Assembly: GCF_018350175.1 (NCBI RefSeq) | Contig: NC_058368.1 | Coordinates: 146,756,001-146,820,000, forward strand | Reading direction: 5' to 3' | Length of the DNA: 64,000 nucleotides | DNA from: Felis catus | Taxonomy: Eukaryota | Part shown: piece after piece, positions 1 to 12,429 of the stretch | Position numbering within the stretch: the first letter of the stretch is position 1 | Layout of the letters: every line of letters begins with the position of its first letter | Notes under the pieces: generated by a model | Told to the model about the DNA's origin: nothing | The model's input: the letters and a program-made list of their open reading frames with translations, nothing else | The model's database searches: none | Position numbers and translations under genes: made by a program

Positions 1-1287
1 ATATGGAACCACAAAAGGCCCCGAATAGCCAAAGTAATTTTGAAGAAGAAGACCAAAGCAGGAGGCATCACAATCCCAGACTTTAGCCTCTACTACAAAG
101 CTGTCATCATCAAGACAGCATGGTATTGGCACAAAAACAGACACATAGACCAATGGAATAGAATAGAAACCCCAGAACTAGACCCACAAACGTATGGCCA
201 ACTCATCTTTGACAAAGCAGGAAAGAACATCCAATGGAAAAAAGACAGCCTCTTTAACAAATGGTGCTGGGAGAACTGGACAGCAATATGCAGAAGGTTG
301 AAACTAGACCACTTTCTCACACCATTCACAAAAATAAACTCAAAATGGATAAAGGACCTAAATGTGAGACAGGAAACCATCAAAACCTTAGAGGAGAAAG
401 CAGGAAAAGACCTCTCTGACCTCAGCCGTAGCAATCTCTTACTCGACACATCCCCAAAGGCAAGGGAATTAAAAGCAAAAGTGAATTACTGGGACCTTAT
501 GAAGATAAAAAGCTTCTGCACAGCAAAGGAAACAACCAACAAAACTAAAAGGCAACCAACGGAATGGGAAAAGATATTCGCAAATGACATATCGGACAAA
601 GGGCTAGTATCCAAAATCTATAAAGAGCTCACCAAACTCCACACCTGAAAAACAAATAACCCAGTGAAGAAATGGGCAGAAAACATGAATAGACACTTCT
701 CTAAAGAAGACATCCGGATGGCCAACAGGCACATGAAAAGATGTTCAGCGTCGCTCCTTATCAGGGAAATACAAATCAAAACCACACTCAGGTATCACCT
801 CACGCCAGTCAGAGTGGCCAAAATGAACAAATCAGGAGACTATAGATGCTGGAGAGGATGTGGAGAAACGGGAACCCTCTTGCACTGTTGGTGGGAATGC
901 AAATTGGTGCAGCCGTTCTGGAAAGCAGTGTGGAGGTTCCTCAGAAAATTAAAAATAGACCTACCCTATGACCCAGCAATAGCACTGCTAGGAATTTATC
1001 CAAGGGATACAGGAGTACCAATGCATAGGGCCACTTGTACCCCAATGTTCATAGCAGCACTCTCAACAATAGCCAAATTATGGAAAGAGCCTAAATGTCC
1101 ATCAACTGATGAATGGATAAAGAAATTGTGGTTTATATACACAATGGAATATTACGTGGCAATGAGAAAAAATGAAATATGGCCTTTTGTAGCAACGTGG
1201 ATGGAACTGGAGAGTGTGATGCTAAGTGAAATAAGCCATACAGAGAAAGACAGATACCATATGGTTTCACTCTTATGTGGACCCTGA
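1..1287 (+). pseudogene. L1 ORF2 C-terminal region disabled by one in-frame TGA (646-648)
   Basis: ORFs 40-648 and 664-1287 are in the same frame and separated only by ACC TGA AAA. Confidence 0.92.
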
Positions 1288-1515
1288 GAAATTAACAGGA
1301 ACCCATGGGGGAGGGGAAGGAAAAAAAAAAACAGGTTAGAGTGGGAGAGAGTCAAAGCATAAGAGACTCTTAAAAACTGAGAACAAACTGAGGGTTGATG
1401 GAGGGTGGGAGGGAGGAGAAGGTGGGTGATGGGTATTGAGGAGGGCACCTTTTGGGATGAGCACTGGGTGTTGTATGGAAACCAATTTGTCAATAAATTT
1501 CATAAAAAAAAAAAA
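1..1515 (+). mobile_element. 3' portion of a young feline LINE-1: ORF2 C-terminus, 3' UTR and poly(A); continues past the window edge
   Basis: Frame 1 reads [17 protein letters not shown]...[23 protein letters not shown] (L1 ORF2) with the C-terminal motif [18 protein letters not shown]. Stop at 1285-1287, G-rich 3' UTR, AATAAA 1492-1497, A-tail 1504-1515. Confidence 0.97.
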
Positions 1516-1745
1516 GAAAGGCTCAGTCATTTCAGTGCAGTGTAGGACAACTCTGAAAGACACTTTTAACTCCAGAATTTCCCATAGGATCAGCTGAAGC
1601 TGCTTTTATTAGGCTTGCATCTCAGCTTGTCTTCTCCCTCGACTAATCCTGCTTCTTCCTCTTTCTACAGGCACTTCCTAATAAACATACTACACATGAA
1701 CCTCTGCCTCAGAGTCAGCTTCTTGGAGAACCTAACCTGTATCAA
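1516..1745 (+). mobile_element. 3' part of an old ERVL-type LTR (LTR16-like) directly after the L1 tail
   Basis: Ends AATAAACATACTACACATGAACCTCTGCCTCAGAGTCAGCTTCTTGGAGAACCTAACCTGTATCA, resembling the LTR16-family U5 end. Confidence 0.65.
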
Positions 1746-2114
1746 TGTGCATGGAAAATAGGGTTTCTTTCCCATCCTGGAGCAAAACTAGGTACTCCCA
1801 AGAGTGAGATGGGAGAGTGAGCAAAGTAATTGACTTGTTCTATTGAAGAATAGTAGTGGTACTTCTCAGCTGATTACAGCTGAAGATAATACTGGTTACA
1901 AGTGTAAATGAATAGCGGTACCCCACGCAGAGCAGTGGGTTCAAAAATCCTGCAGGGAATTGATATTTTATGATATTTGATTCTAGATAACTAGGTGAAC
2001 TCTTCGTCCTTTTCAAAGTCCAGTTAAAATGTCACTGGCCTTGTTATTCTTTCTGTAAGTCCTTCATAAAAAAGTCAGTCTCTTCTTTCACTTGGATCAC
2101 ACAGCAGTTAGAAT

Positions 2115-2300
2115 CAGTGTCATACCAAGGATGGTAGGTGGGGGAGAAGGGAGAGAAATCTTCCCTGAGAGCAAGCATAGAGGGGATACACTGTGGACAA
2201 TTGAAAAACAATAATAAAACTGACTAGAGGTCAGCTGCTTTTTATTATCACCATGCATTGGCAACTCTAAACAATGTCAGTTTGACAAAATATTCCTTCC
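2115..2300 (+). mobile_element. hAT DNA transposon fragment (Arthur1/Tip100-like)
   Basis: Motif AAAAACAATAATAAAACTGACTAGAGGTCAGCTGCTTTTTATTATCACCATGC...CTAAACAATGTCAG, recognised from memory of the consensus. Confidence 0.45.
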
Positions 2301-3682
2301 TTCCTTCCATGAGGAGTGCTTCTCTATATCTCATACACTCCTTTCCACCTTGGCCTACTCTGACTCAGTATATACCTTCATTATAGCACCTATCACCTCA
2401 TATTATACTGTTTACCCCAGACCATGGGTTCTCTATGTCTAATTTAAGTGTGGCTGATTTTTGCTCCCTCTTTGTCATCTCTGTATGATCCCTATTATAA
2501 TTCTTGGCCACAGTAGTCACCGATAATATTTAGTTGAACAAATAAAAGACAGTAATTCTGTTCTTCATTTACATGTGGGAGCAGCAGGTTATTACAGAGA
2601 TAATAGTCTTCTAGCCCTAAAGCTCAACCAACATCCTAAATCAGTGTCATTATCATCTCCCTCAAACTTGATTTTCTTCAAATTTTTCACAAGTATTAAT
2701 TCAAAACTTTACTTTTCCTGGAACCACCAACCTATTGGGATAGATGAAGTCATGTAACAGTAATAATTTAAATGTCTCTAGTCCATGTCTCTACTTGCCT
2801 ACTCAGGACTGCCACACCCATGTATTTCTGCATGCACTCCTGTAATAAATAATTGTTTATGCAATGAATAAATATTAACTACTATGTGCCAGGCTCTGGG
2901 CTAGCACCTCTGAAATCTCATCCAAGTATGTCTGACAGTTCCAAGTGAGTGTCTTAGCCATGACTGCAAACAGAGCAGAACGAACACACACATTTCTCTT
3001 GCTAATAGTGACTTCCCCACCCAATGCAAACTTTATGCATTGTTTCATAACAAGTCTCTGATTTATATGAGTCTTTGCAAAGACTCCTTCCAGGGGATTA
3101 GGAGAAGAGGACAAAAAGGAAAGAAAATTCTCTTTTGCATACGTCACCCTTCTTTTCTTTATAATCTATCCTTTACCTTTTAGCCAGACTATCTTGCATA
3201 TATATGGATAAGTTTAAGCCACTTGCTTCATCAAATCTCATCAGTGGTTTCCTAGTACTATAAAGTAACCCCAAATCTCATGACATTTAAGGTTAGTTGA
3301 AGGGAAAAAAAACATACAAATAAATGTCACAGAACCAAAATGACTAACATATGGGAACTCTCAAATTTTCTTCTCTTCTCTCTGCCAACTAAAGAGTGGT
3401 CTGGCTCTGCCCTGCTCAGAGTTTTCTTTTCCTTTTCCTTTTGAGGAGAGTTCTTCCAGTGTCCTGTGCACAGCCACTGCCTGGTGGCATAGTTGGATGG
3501 CTGCCCAAAGGTACCTGGGGCAGTGGAGAGCAGGCCTGAGCTTTAGCGCATAATCAGCCTCCCAAGATGTGCTTGCCGTTGGCGCCATGTTTGTCTTACA
3601 TGCGCAGAAGCCCTGCAGAGTTGGCTTTTGTGATTTACAGTTGGGGGGACAGAAGACATCTGGGCAAGACAAGAGAAGGAAA

Positions 3683-3897
3683 GGGGTGCCTGGGTGGCTC
3701 AGTCGGTTAAGCGGCCGACTTCGGCTCAGGTCATGATCTTGTGGTCCGTGAGTTCAAGCCCTGCGTCGGGCTCTGTGCTGACAGCTCAGAGACTGGAGCC
3801 TGTTTCGGATTCTGTGTCTCCCTCTCTCTGACCCTTCCCCTGTTCATGCTCTGTCTCTCTCTGTATCAAAAATAAATAAACGTTAAAAAAAATTAAA
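3683..3897 (+). mobile_element. SINEC_Fc (Can-SINE)
   Basis: tRNA-derived head GGGGTGCCTGGGTGGCTCAGTCGGTTAAG, CT tract, A tail; TSD AAGAGAAGGAAA at 3671-3682 and 3898-3909. Confidence 0.95.
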
Positions 3898-4214
3898 AAG
3901 AGAAGGAAAGGGGGTAGAGAGAAAATGTCTACTACTGGGAAAAGAGGTTTGTATGGTGGTTAGTGGGAGAAAGGACCAGAGAAGCTGTGGGTGGGTAAGG
4001 AAAGAGACAGGGAAGAAATGAGATTTTAAGAAGCATTGTTCAAATAAAGAATCTGAGTTACTGTGAAATTTCTTTTGGGTGTTGGACTATGCTTTGTCTG
4101 CCATAGTGTTAGAAAAGTCATTTTACGCTCCAGACTTCATGTCTCGTTGTAACTAGCTGACCAGTTAATTAAGGTCTGCAACTGCCTTGCAGGAAAATGA
4201 GTATTGGAAGAAGA

Positions 4215-4415
4215 AATTTTGTCCTTGCATTTATTAGCTGTTTGACCTTGAGAGAGTTAACACTTTTCTTAGCTTACATTTTTATTTTTCATCTGCAAAC
4301 CAGGGTCGTAGTAGCACCTGCCTCATGGAACGGTTGCAAGGATTAAGTGAAATCATGTTTATAGAAAGCTCTCTGCTCAGTATTTGGCCTAGCGCGAGTG
4401 CTGAATAAATGATCA
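4215..4415 (+). mobile_element. MIR fragment
   Basis: TATTAGCTGTTTGACCTTGAG...CATCTGCAAA...GTAGCACCTGCCTCATGG...AGGATTAAGTGA resembles the MIR core. Confidence 0.6.
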
Positions 4416-4730
4416 CATCCTTTTATTGTTTATGTTGCTAGATGGGGAAAATAAAACAGAATCCTCGGAAGTCTCCAGCAAGAAATTAGGTCTCCTGGCA
4501 AGCTAGATGGGACCAAGAAGAGACCATGGGGCTTGCTGAAAGTACAGCGCCAAGAATCAAATCATTCTACTTCTGCAGTGGTTCCTGTAGTCTGTAGACA
4601 CAACATATTTTGATTGCTAACTGCGAACATGTCATACTTCCCCTAAGTAGTATTTTCATACGGTAAACCTTTCATATAATTTTAACATTTTTCTACATCT
4701 TATTTGCTGAAGTTTGTTTTTCTTTTTTTT

Positions 4731-4938
4731 TAAAATTAAAAAAAATATTTGTTTATTTTTGAGAGACAGAGTATGAGCAGAGGAGAGGCAGAGAGAGAGG
4801 GAGACACAGAATCTGAAGCAGGCTCCAGGCTCCGAGCTGTCAGCCCAGAGCCCGACGCAGGGCTCGAACTCACAAACCGCAAGATCATGACCTGAGCCGA
4901 AGCCAGACGCTTAACCCACTGAACCACCCAGACGCCCC
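4731..4938 (-). mobile_element. SINEC_Fc
   Basis: Reverse-complement Can-SINE ending CCACCCAGACGCCCC, inserted in a T-rich target. Confidence 0.93.
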
Positions 4939-5465
4939 TTTTTGTTTTTCTTTTTTCTTCCATATTCCATCTTGTTTGCTTGCTCCCACTCACTCTTATT
5001 TCTATTAAGAAGATTTGAGGACTGCAAAACTCCTCCAAACTTGAATTCAAATGACAAAAATAAGCTTACCAACCCACCCCTCTTCTCTCCAAGCCATCGC
5101 CCTCCTTCCTTCCAGGGGCCTAACCCTTGCCTTTGGCATTTCTCCCAAGAGTGACTTGCTCCTCAAGATCTCAGCTTTCACCTCCACAGGTGAAAAGGGT
5201 AGAGACCTTTAATCAGTGGTATCTTTTTGTTTCATAAGGAAACAACAACAATAACATCAAAACTACACTCCTTCAACAGCTAGTTGCAATTATAAGGCAG
5301 ATACAACTTAAAATTCAGACAAACACTGAGGCAAAAGCTTTCTAAGCCAGAGTGGTCCAAAGGGACACTGCCTGTCTATCTTGTGGTTTTCTTCCACTTT
5401 CTCCTAAAACTCACTCTTTCCTTCTTGTCTTATAAGGCTCTGCCTTCTCATGTCATTTTCTTTCT

Positions 5466-5649
5466 AAAAAAATTTTTTTAATGATTATTTATTTTTGAGT
5501 GACACAGAGAGAGACAGAGCATGAGCAGGGGAAGGGCAGAGGGAGAGGGAGACACAGAATCTGAAGTAGGTTCCAGGCTCTGAGCTGTCAGCACAGAGCC
5601 TGATGTGGGGCTCCAACTCACAGACCGCGGGATCATGACCTGAGCCAAA
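5466..5649 (-). mobile_element. 5'-truncated SINEC_Fc
   Basis: Body present, A-box head missing; TCATTTTC flanks both sides. Confidence 0.88.
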
Positions 5650-5965
5650 TCACATCATTTTCAAAGGCTCAGTGTTCTTAATCTGTGGGCTGAGGATTCT
5701 AGCACAAAAGCTTACCACTGGATTCCACAGATAATTTCAAGGGGAAATGACCCTATAAGTATAAAGACCCTTTAAACTATTTTCAAGAGGTGTGTGTGTG
5801 TATCTGCCTGTCTGTTTGTCTGTGTGTATGTGTTTATATGTTCATGTGCACAAGCAGTTGCATTTTCTGGGAAAAGGATCATATCTATTAGTAAAATCCC
5901 AAAGAGCCATCCAAAATTAGTCAAAATTTGTAGGACTTTAATGGTTTATTTAAAAACTTAATTCC

Positions 5966-6170
5966 ATTTTTAAAAAATGTTTTTTAGTTTTTGAGAGAGA
6001 AAGTGCAAGCAGGGGAGGGGCAGAGAGAGAGGGAGAGAGAAATCTCAAGGAGGCCCCACGCTGTCAGTGCGATGCCCAATGCAGGGCTCGATCTCACAAA
6101 CCATGAGACCATGACCTGAGCCGAAACCAAGAGTCAGACACTTAACCAATGGAGCCACCCAGGTGCCCCC
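5966..6170 (-). mobile_element. Older Can-SINE
   Basis: Diverged reverse-complement copy ending GAGCCACCCAGGTGCCCC. Confidence 0.88.
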
Positions 6171-6605
6171 TCAAATGCTTATTTCCATTTATTTCTGTTT
6201 TGTTTCCACCTCTCTCATTGCACTTATGTTTTCTTTATACACTAATAACTCTTTCTAGGCATTGCAGATCTCAAAGCAGAAATATTTCTCCCTTATCCAC
6301 TATTATTTCAGAGGATTGGCTCCCAGTTTGGGCCTATATAATAGATACTTCAATTAAAATGATGGTGTCAAACAATGTGGATGCATGGTGACACAAAACA
6401 TAATTCAGTTTGGCTCTTGCTGTCCAGGAGCTTATGATATAACAGGAAGGCAGATATATTGGGGAGAAAAAAGCACCACCAATCACAGCAGTACAGAGTC
6501 TTACTTATGGGGAATTGTGGGAAGAATAACTAGTACGTTTTAAAATCTTTCTGGGAGAATTAGGATAGACCTGTAGAAATAGGTGATGTTTAAAATGTAT
6601 CTCGA

Positions 6606-6722
6606 GGGGTGCCTGGTTGGCTCAGTAGAAAATATGACTCTCCTTCTTGGGGTTGTAAATTCAAGTCTTACACTAGGTGTAGAGATTACTTAGAAATAAA
6701 ATCTAAAAAAAAAAAAAAAAAG
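6606..6722 (+). mobile_element. Short old carnivore SINE without CT tract
   Basis: GGGGTGCCTGGTTGGCTCAGTAG...GGTGTAGAGATTACTTAGAAATAAAATCT followed by an A tail. Confidence 0.8.
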
Positions 6723-6744
6723 AATCTTGAAAGTCCTTGGGGAT

Positions 6745-6970
6745 GGGGCGCCTGGGTGGCGCAGTCGGTTAAGCGTCCAACTTCAGCCAGGTCACAATCT
6801 CGCGGTCTGTGAGTTCGAGCCCCGCGTCGGGCTCTGGGCTGATGGCTCAGAGCCTGGAGCCTGTTTCCGATTCTGTGTCTCCCTCTCTCCCTGCCCCTCC
6901 CCCGTTCATGCTCTGTCTCTCTCTGTCCCAAAAATCAATAAACGTTGAAAAAAATTTTTTTTTAAAAAAA
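6745..6970 (+). mobile_element. Young SINEC_Fc
   Basis: CpG-rich copy; perfect 15-bp TSD GAAAGTCCTTGGGGA at 6729-6743 and 6971-6985. Confidence 0.96.
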
Positions 6971-7468
6971 GAAAGTCCTTGGGGAGTTTTTATAGGGACA
7001 AGTGGGCATGGGCATTTTTGGCAGGAATGGGAACAGTGATTCGTTTGGGTATACTTGGGGCCTGAGGTGAGTGAATAGGCATGGCAGAATCTGTGACTGG
7101 TGGGTAGGGGACATTGGAGTTAGGTGAACCACCTCAAGTGAACAACATGGGATTTCAGGTCAAATCACAGATGTGTGTGTATGCCCACGTGCATGTATGC
7201 GTGTCCTTACATACATGCCTATCTAGAGAAAATGTACTTCAGCTCAGTTGTCCAGAACTTCCAGGGTGTGGGAGATAAGGAAGTAGAGGGTGAGCAGACA
7301 GAGACCATTTGGAAACAGAGTCGTCCAGCATCTGAGCCCTAGAAAGGCTCAGGTTTGAGGTGGAGATAGGGAGACAGTTCCCTGAGCCATGAATAAAGGA
7401 CTCAAATCTGTCACAAGGGAAAGAAGACAAAGCTGCTATAAACACTATTTAATTCTAGGAGCACTTTA

Positions 7469-7675
7469 GGGGCGCCTGGGTGGTTCAGTCGGTTGAGCGT
7501 CCAACTTTGGCTCAGGTCATGATCTCTCGGTCTGTGGGTTCGAGCCCCACGACGGGCTCTGTGCTGACAGCTCGGATGGAGCCTGGAGACTGCTTCAGAT
7601 TCTGTGTCTCCCTCTCTCTCTGCCCCTCCCCCGCTCGTGCTCTGTCTCTCTCTCAGAAATAACATTAAAAAAAAT
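7469..7675 (+). mobile_element. SINEC_Fc
   Basis: Full Can-SINE; TSD TTTAATTCTA(G/A)GAGCACTT. Confidence 0.93.
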
Positions 7676-10102
7676 TTTAATTCTAAGAGCACTTAAAAGG
7701 CACCGATGACTATAGATCCTTAAACACTTCTCATTTTGCCTATTTAAACTAGGAACTTACAGCTTACTTTATCAAGAAGTATCTTGGTTTTTTGTGGACA
7801 GCATTGTATAGAGTGCACATGGTTTAGATCACGCAATTATGTTCCAAATGAAACTCTATTATTCACTTATAAAGGTCACAAGTAAAACGACTATTTTTGA
7901 AAAGGTGACTTTCACATAATTCTTTTGCATTTTAATAGCATGTTCGTGGACATTTTATTCTGAACATGTCTTTAGTGCCTTAGCAAACAAGCCTACATAA
8001 TATTTTCACTGATAAACACATTACTAATGGCAGAGCCTATAGACCAAAGAATGTAAGACTAAACATTGTAAGGTTGTTTGTAAGTTATGGCTCTCTGTGA
8101 GAGAACCAGACATTTGTATCCTTTGCCTAAGGCTGCTTAGAGACAGTTGAGCTGTCAAATAAAGTTACTAAATGGGCTTTTAATTTACTGTATATATCAG
8201 AACCTGAGGATAATGTTGCAAGTATCTGAGAATTGGCTAGTGGAAGAAGCTAAATTTGGCTGTTATCACTATTAAAGGGGCCATATTTGATCCATTGTTT
8301 TAGTTTGCAGAATTTAAGTATTTTTGAGGAGGTGCTGAGATAATATATTTGAATTAAATATACTGGGCAGAGTAACTTGGAAAGATCTTTTTGCTCTGAA
8401 AATGGTTTTTATTTAGATAAAAGGGCTTAGGCCCTTTTCCGTGGGAAAAAAAATAGAAAATTTATAGGCTGTTATTTTGTTTTGTTTTGTTTTGTTTTCT
8501 CACCAAGGAGTATCTACTAGCTATCTTTCTTGATGACACAAGCCTGTTTCTTCCAATGTTACCCTTGATGATCTTGTCTAAGCATGTTGCTAAGATATGG
8601 GTTTAAATCAAGAAACCCCAGGGGTTTGCAAGCAGGAGGGTGCATGATAATGTTTTACAGGTATAATACAGAGTGTAGTATTTGCTGGAAGTGAAGGGAG
8701 GTTTCTGAAGAAGGATCCACCTGAAAATTTCTCTCCTCTTACCAAAGTCTATAGCAGTGTATGGAAATCATGACCAATAGAGCCACAGGGAGAGAAGCGT
8801 CCTTGCCTGAGTCTTCCCTACAGGGTGCATTTGCAAATGGGAATTAGCAGACAGTGAACCTCTCAGAGTCCAGCTCTGCAGGACTCTGGACATAGTGCAT
8901 ACGGACACTTTCCAGAGAAACTGAACCATGTTAATAATGGCCGAAAAATATTTCTCCATAGTTGGTATATTATCCCTAACCCAAAGATGTGATACGTTCA
9001 TTGCTGGCCAATTTGGAACACAGAAGAGGAGAAGCAGACAAGATAGATCACAAAGTCAGGACAGAGGAAGCCTTGGGAAGAACGTTCCTCCAACCTGTCT
9101 CCTTGAAGACCGGTAATCTCTTGCATGTGTACTTGTTTGAACCTCACTTAGGTAGATCTGTCTATGGGTTCTAGATTTTTGCTTGGGTAGTGGTTTGAAG
9201 AAAAGATTTTAATCACCCACCGTGGAATTTCTGTTAAAGAAAAAAGTACCTCGAAAAGGGAAATCATTTGTGTAACAGATCAGGTGAAAGATGAGAGCAC
9301 GGACGTGAATGAAGAGATGGGGAGTGGCTGTGCATTAGGATTTGGGGAGAAGGAAGACATAAGTGGAAGAGAAACAGAGATATGGTTGTATGGTACACAT
9401 GGCAAATAACATTTAAGAATAGGTACTCCTAATATTCAATTTAAAATGTTATGTTGCACACAACACGTCTCTTCCTTGCTCACAACGACAGTCAATGGAG
9501 TCAGCTGGGTACTCCAAGGCTTTAAGCAGTTGCTAAGATAGTTCTTTTTTTGGCCATCAGAGCCATATGCAAATAATATAAAAATAAAAATATGTGCAAT
9601 GTCCGACATCTGTCTTCACCCCTTTAAGTACAGTTGTAAAATGTTAAAATGTTAATCAGAATGTTAATATATGCAGCATGTCTAGGGCCTTTATAGAATT
9701 AAACAATAGTTAGAAGTGGTTTCCCACTGTGCTTTTCTATTTATTTCCATTTTTTGGTAACCCACTTGAAATTCTGTCTGAACTGTTTAAAAAGTAATTT
9801 TATCTGGGGGCTTAAAGTATCTTTATCCTACCTCTTTTATGGCAAGTTATGATTGTTATTATTTAAAAAGCAATTTATTTTTCTAATTTGACAAATTGTC
9901 ATAACCAGTTAACTTTGGGTGCTGGAAATCTATGGTGACTTCTAAAGCTTTACATATCTTTTGCGTATACATTGTAAGCTAAAAACATATTGTCCAGAAA
10001 TGTTACCAGTTAGCAATTTAATTCTTTCTGAAGGTTTCTCTTGTTTAAATGTGAAATCACAACTTACGCTTTTCTCTAGGGACTATTTATCTAAAAACAC
10101 AG

Positions 10103-10338
10103 TTATTTTATTTATTTATTTACTTATTTATTTATTAATGTTTATTTATTTTTGAGGAAAGAGAGACAGAGTGTGAGTGGGGCAGGGGCAGAGAGAGAGG
10201 GAGACACAGAATCTGAAGCCGGCTCTAGGCTCTGAGCTGTCAGCACAGAGCCCAATGTGGGGTTTGAATCCAAGAACCATGAGATCATAACCTGAGCTGA
10301 AGTCAGATGCTTAACTGACTGAGCCACCCAGGTGCTCC
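10103..10338 (-). mobile_element. SINEC_Fc with (TTTA)n tail
   Basis: Reverse-complement Can-SINE. Confidence 0.92.
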
Positions 10339-10406
10339 AATGTTTAAATATTTTTTACGTAAACACGACATGAGTCTAACAAATAAAAATAATCCAAATA
10401 GTCGTT

Positions 10407-10630
10407 TTAAATTTTTTTTTAATGTTTAATTTTGAGGGAGACAGAGAGAGACAGAGAGAGACGGAGTGTGGATGGAGGAGGGGCAGACAGAGCGGGTCAT
10501 ATGATCCGGAGCAGGCTCCAGGCTCTGAGCCGTCAGCACAGAGCCCAACGCTGGGGTCGAACTCATGAACCGTGAGATCATGACCTGAGCGAAGTTGGAC
10601 ACTGAACCGAATGAGACACCCAGGCACCCC
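10407..10630 (-). mobile_element. SINEC_Fc
   Basis: Reverse-complement Can-SINE ending CCCAGGCACCCC. Confidence 0.9.
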
Positions 10631-11189
10631 CAAAGAGTTATGTTTTTAAAGGCAAATAAATCAATGCATTTTGGTGTGTGTGTGTGTAATTTTCTCTTCT
10701 TTCTTAGCCTAATCTTGAATTACTTGAACATGTTTGTTTTGTATCTCTGCCAATCTTAATCCCATTTCTCCAGCATTCTGATCAACACTAGTCCTATATT
10801 ATCATGAGGTTGTCACCAAAGCTAATATAGAATTTATTCTGAATTCACAAAGCTTCCCTCTTCTCAACACTTAAAAAATGTATATAGGTGGAAAAAAAAA
10901 ATGAAGTTCCTTTTCAATGCTTTATAGGGAAGTTGTTTACTTAAACTGCTTATTTCTTTAAAGTAATTACCATTCTTTGATGCTATTGACACAATTCCTT
11001 AACTTGAGTTTTTTGTTGAAACAGAATATGTAAAAAAGAACTGTTAAAAACGTATTTTATCACCATGGCTAACGTATATCAGAATCTTGAAAATCAGTCA
11101 TTTGATCCATCAGATGAAATATGAAGGTAAGTTAACTCTGGAGGTCACAAAAACCCTCTTTTCTCCAGCTTGTTTCTGGTGAACAGTGA

Positions 11190-11660
11190 TGGTGCAGATG
11201 CGGCCCCTTGATGACGCTGCACAGAATTCCTTCTGGCAGAAATGGGGATACAGGTCGGCTGCTTCTAAGTGCTCGGCAAGGCCACAAGGAAAAAAAAAAT
11301 TATCAACTAGAATTTTAAATTGTTGGCTCAGGGCACGGTCAGAGGATCAGGATTATTTTAGACTGATGTTTCTTTCATTACCACAGGGTTGTCGTAGCTA
11401 AAATAAGACCTGAGACTTGCCGATGATGGAAGAAGTTGAATTTACAGCCTCCCTGGATCTCTTGTCTGTGGTTGGGAAGGAGGAAGACCAAGGGGACTGG
11501 AAAGGGAGCATCGGTATCAGTTTCAATGATGCTGAGCGTCCTGGTCCCCTCAGGGTCTCCTCTGCCAGCAGAGTAGCCCCTTCTCCCTTGTTGGGGAAGT
11601 TGGTGCTGCCTTGCCTGGAAACCTGCAAAGGTGAAGCTGCCTCCCTCATGGATCCTTTCC
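11190..11660 (+). mobile_element. Diverged ERVL-type internal (gag) fragment, copy A
   Basis: Frameshifted translation GRLLLSARQGHKEKKN / LNCWLRARSEDQ ... VVGKEEDQGDWKGSIG resembles ERVL gag GWLLL...LNSQLKA...GKEWDPETWDGDIW. Confidence 0.55.
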
Positions 11661-11799
11661 ATTTCTTGTTTTTCCAAACCTGTAATTACCGTCAGGTCCC
11701 AGAACACCCTAAGGGTCAGATCCAAAGTGTGACTTGAGAGGAAAGAGCTGACATCATAAGATTTGCAAGACTTTTACAATTCTTGTAATCAGAAAGCCA

Positions 11800-12429
11800 A
11801 GGGGATTGATACTAATGGTCTGCAGACAGGGAGGAAAGAACCTGGTTTGGGGAGGCACTCATTCTCTCAGCTACTGGGCACATTGGCTGCAAAAGACTCA
11901 CATCTCAGCTCCTCCCTTGGAGTTGATCTCTCCTGAAGGGACTTTTCCTTGGAACAGCCTGCATCCAAAAACTGGTCAGCTCAAGGACACAAAGACCTTG
12001 CCCCTTTTTTTCTTTTTAATGTTTATTTTTGAGAGAGAGAGAGAGAGAGCACGCATGTGCACTTGCACTCAGGGGAGGGGCAGAGAGAGAGGGAGAGAAA
12101 ATCCTGAGCAGGCTCACAAACCATAAAATCATGACCTGACCCAAGTTGGAAGCTTAACTAACTGAGCCACCTAGGCTCCCCTGACCTTGCTCCTTTCTTA
12201 ATTTGGGAAAGCCATTAATTCAGAAAGGTCTATCCTAGCTCTTAAATGTCTGTGGGGTTGGCCTTGGCCTCTGCTGCAAGTACCCGGCAGTTCAGCTTCT
12301 CCTTCTGTCCAGCTCTGCTTGCTGTGGCTCCCTCATAAATGTTATTTCTGAGACCACTGCTCTGTCCATTTCCTGTGCAAATTTGCATCTTAGAATCTGG
12401 ATGGTTCCAGGAGAAATAGACCTGAGACA
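11800..12429 (+). mobile_element. ERVL-type 5' LTR (LTR16-like), interrupted by a SINE; 5' boundary uncertain
   Basis: Ends GACCTGAGACA, immediately followed by GCTGCTGCCAGGA (PBS-like start of the internal region). Confidence 0.55.
12005..12181 (-). mobile_element. Internally deleted Can-SINE
   Basis: T-tract, GA tract and ATCATGACCTGA...ACTGAGCCACCTAGGCTCCC. Confidence 0.85.

Noticed and set aside
3683..3770. tRNA-like A/B boxes
   Set aside because: These are the tRNA-derived heads of SINEs, not tRNA genes.
6609..7692. Recurring ORFs such as WVAQSVKRPTSA / LEPASDSVSPSL throughout the window
   Set aside because: Translations of Can-SINE copies, not a gene family.
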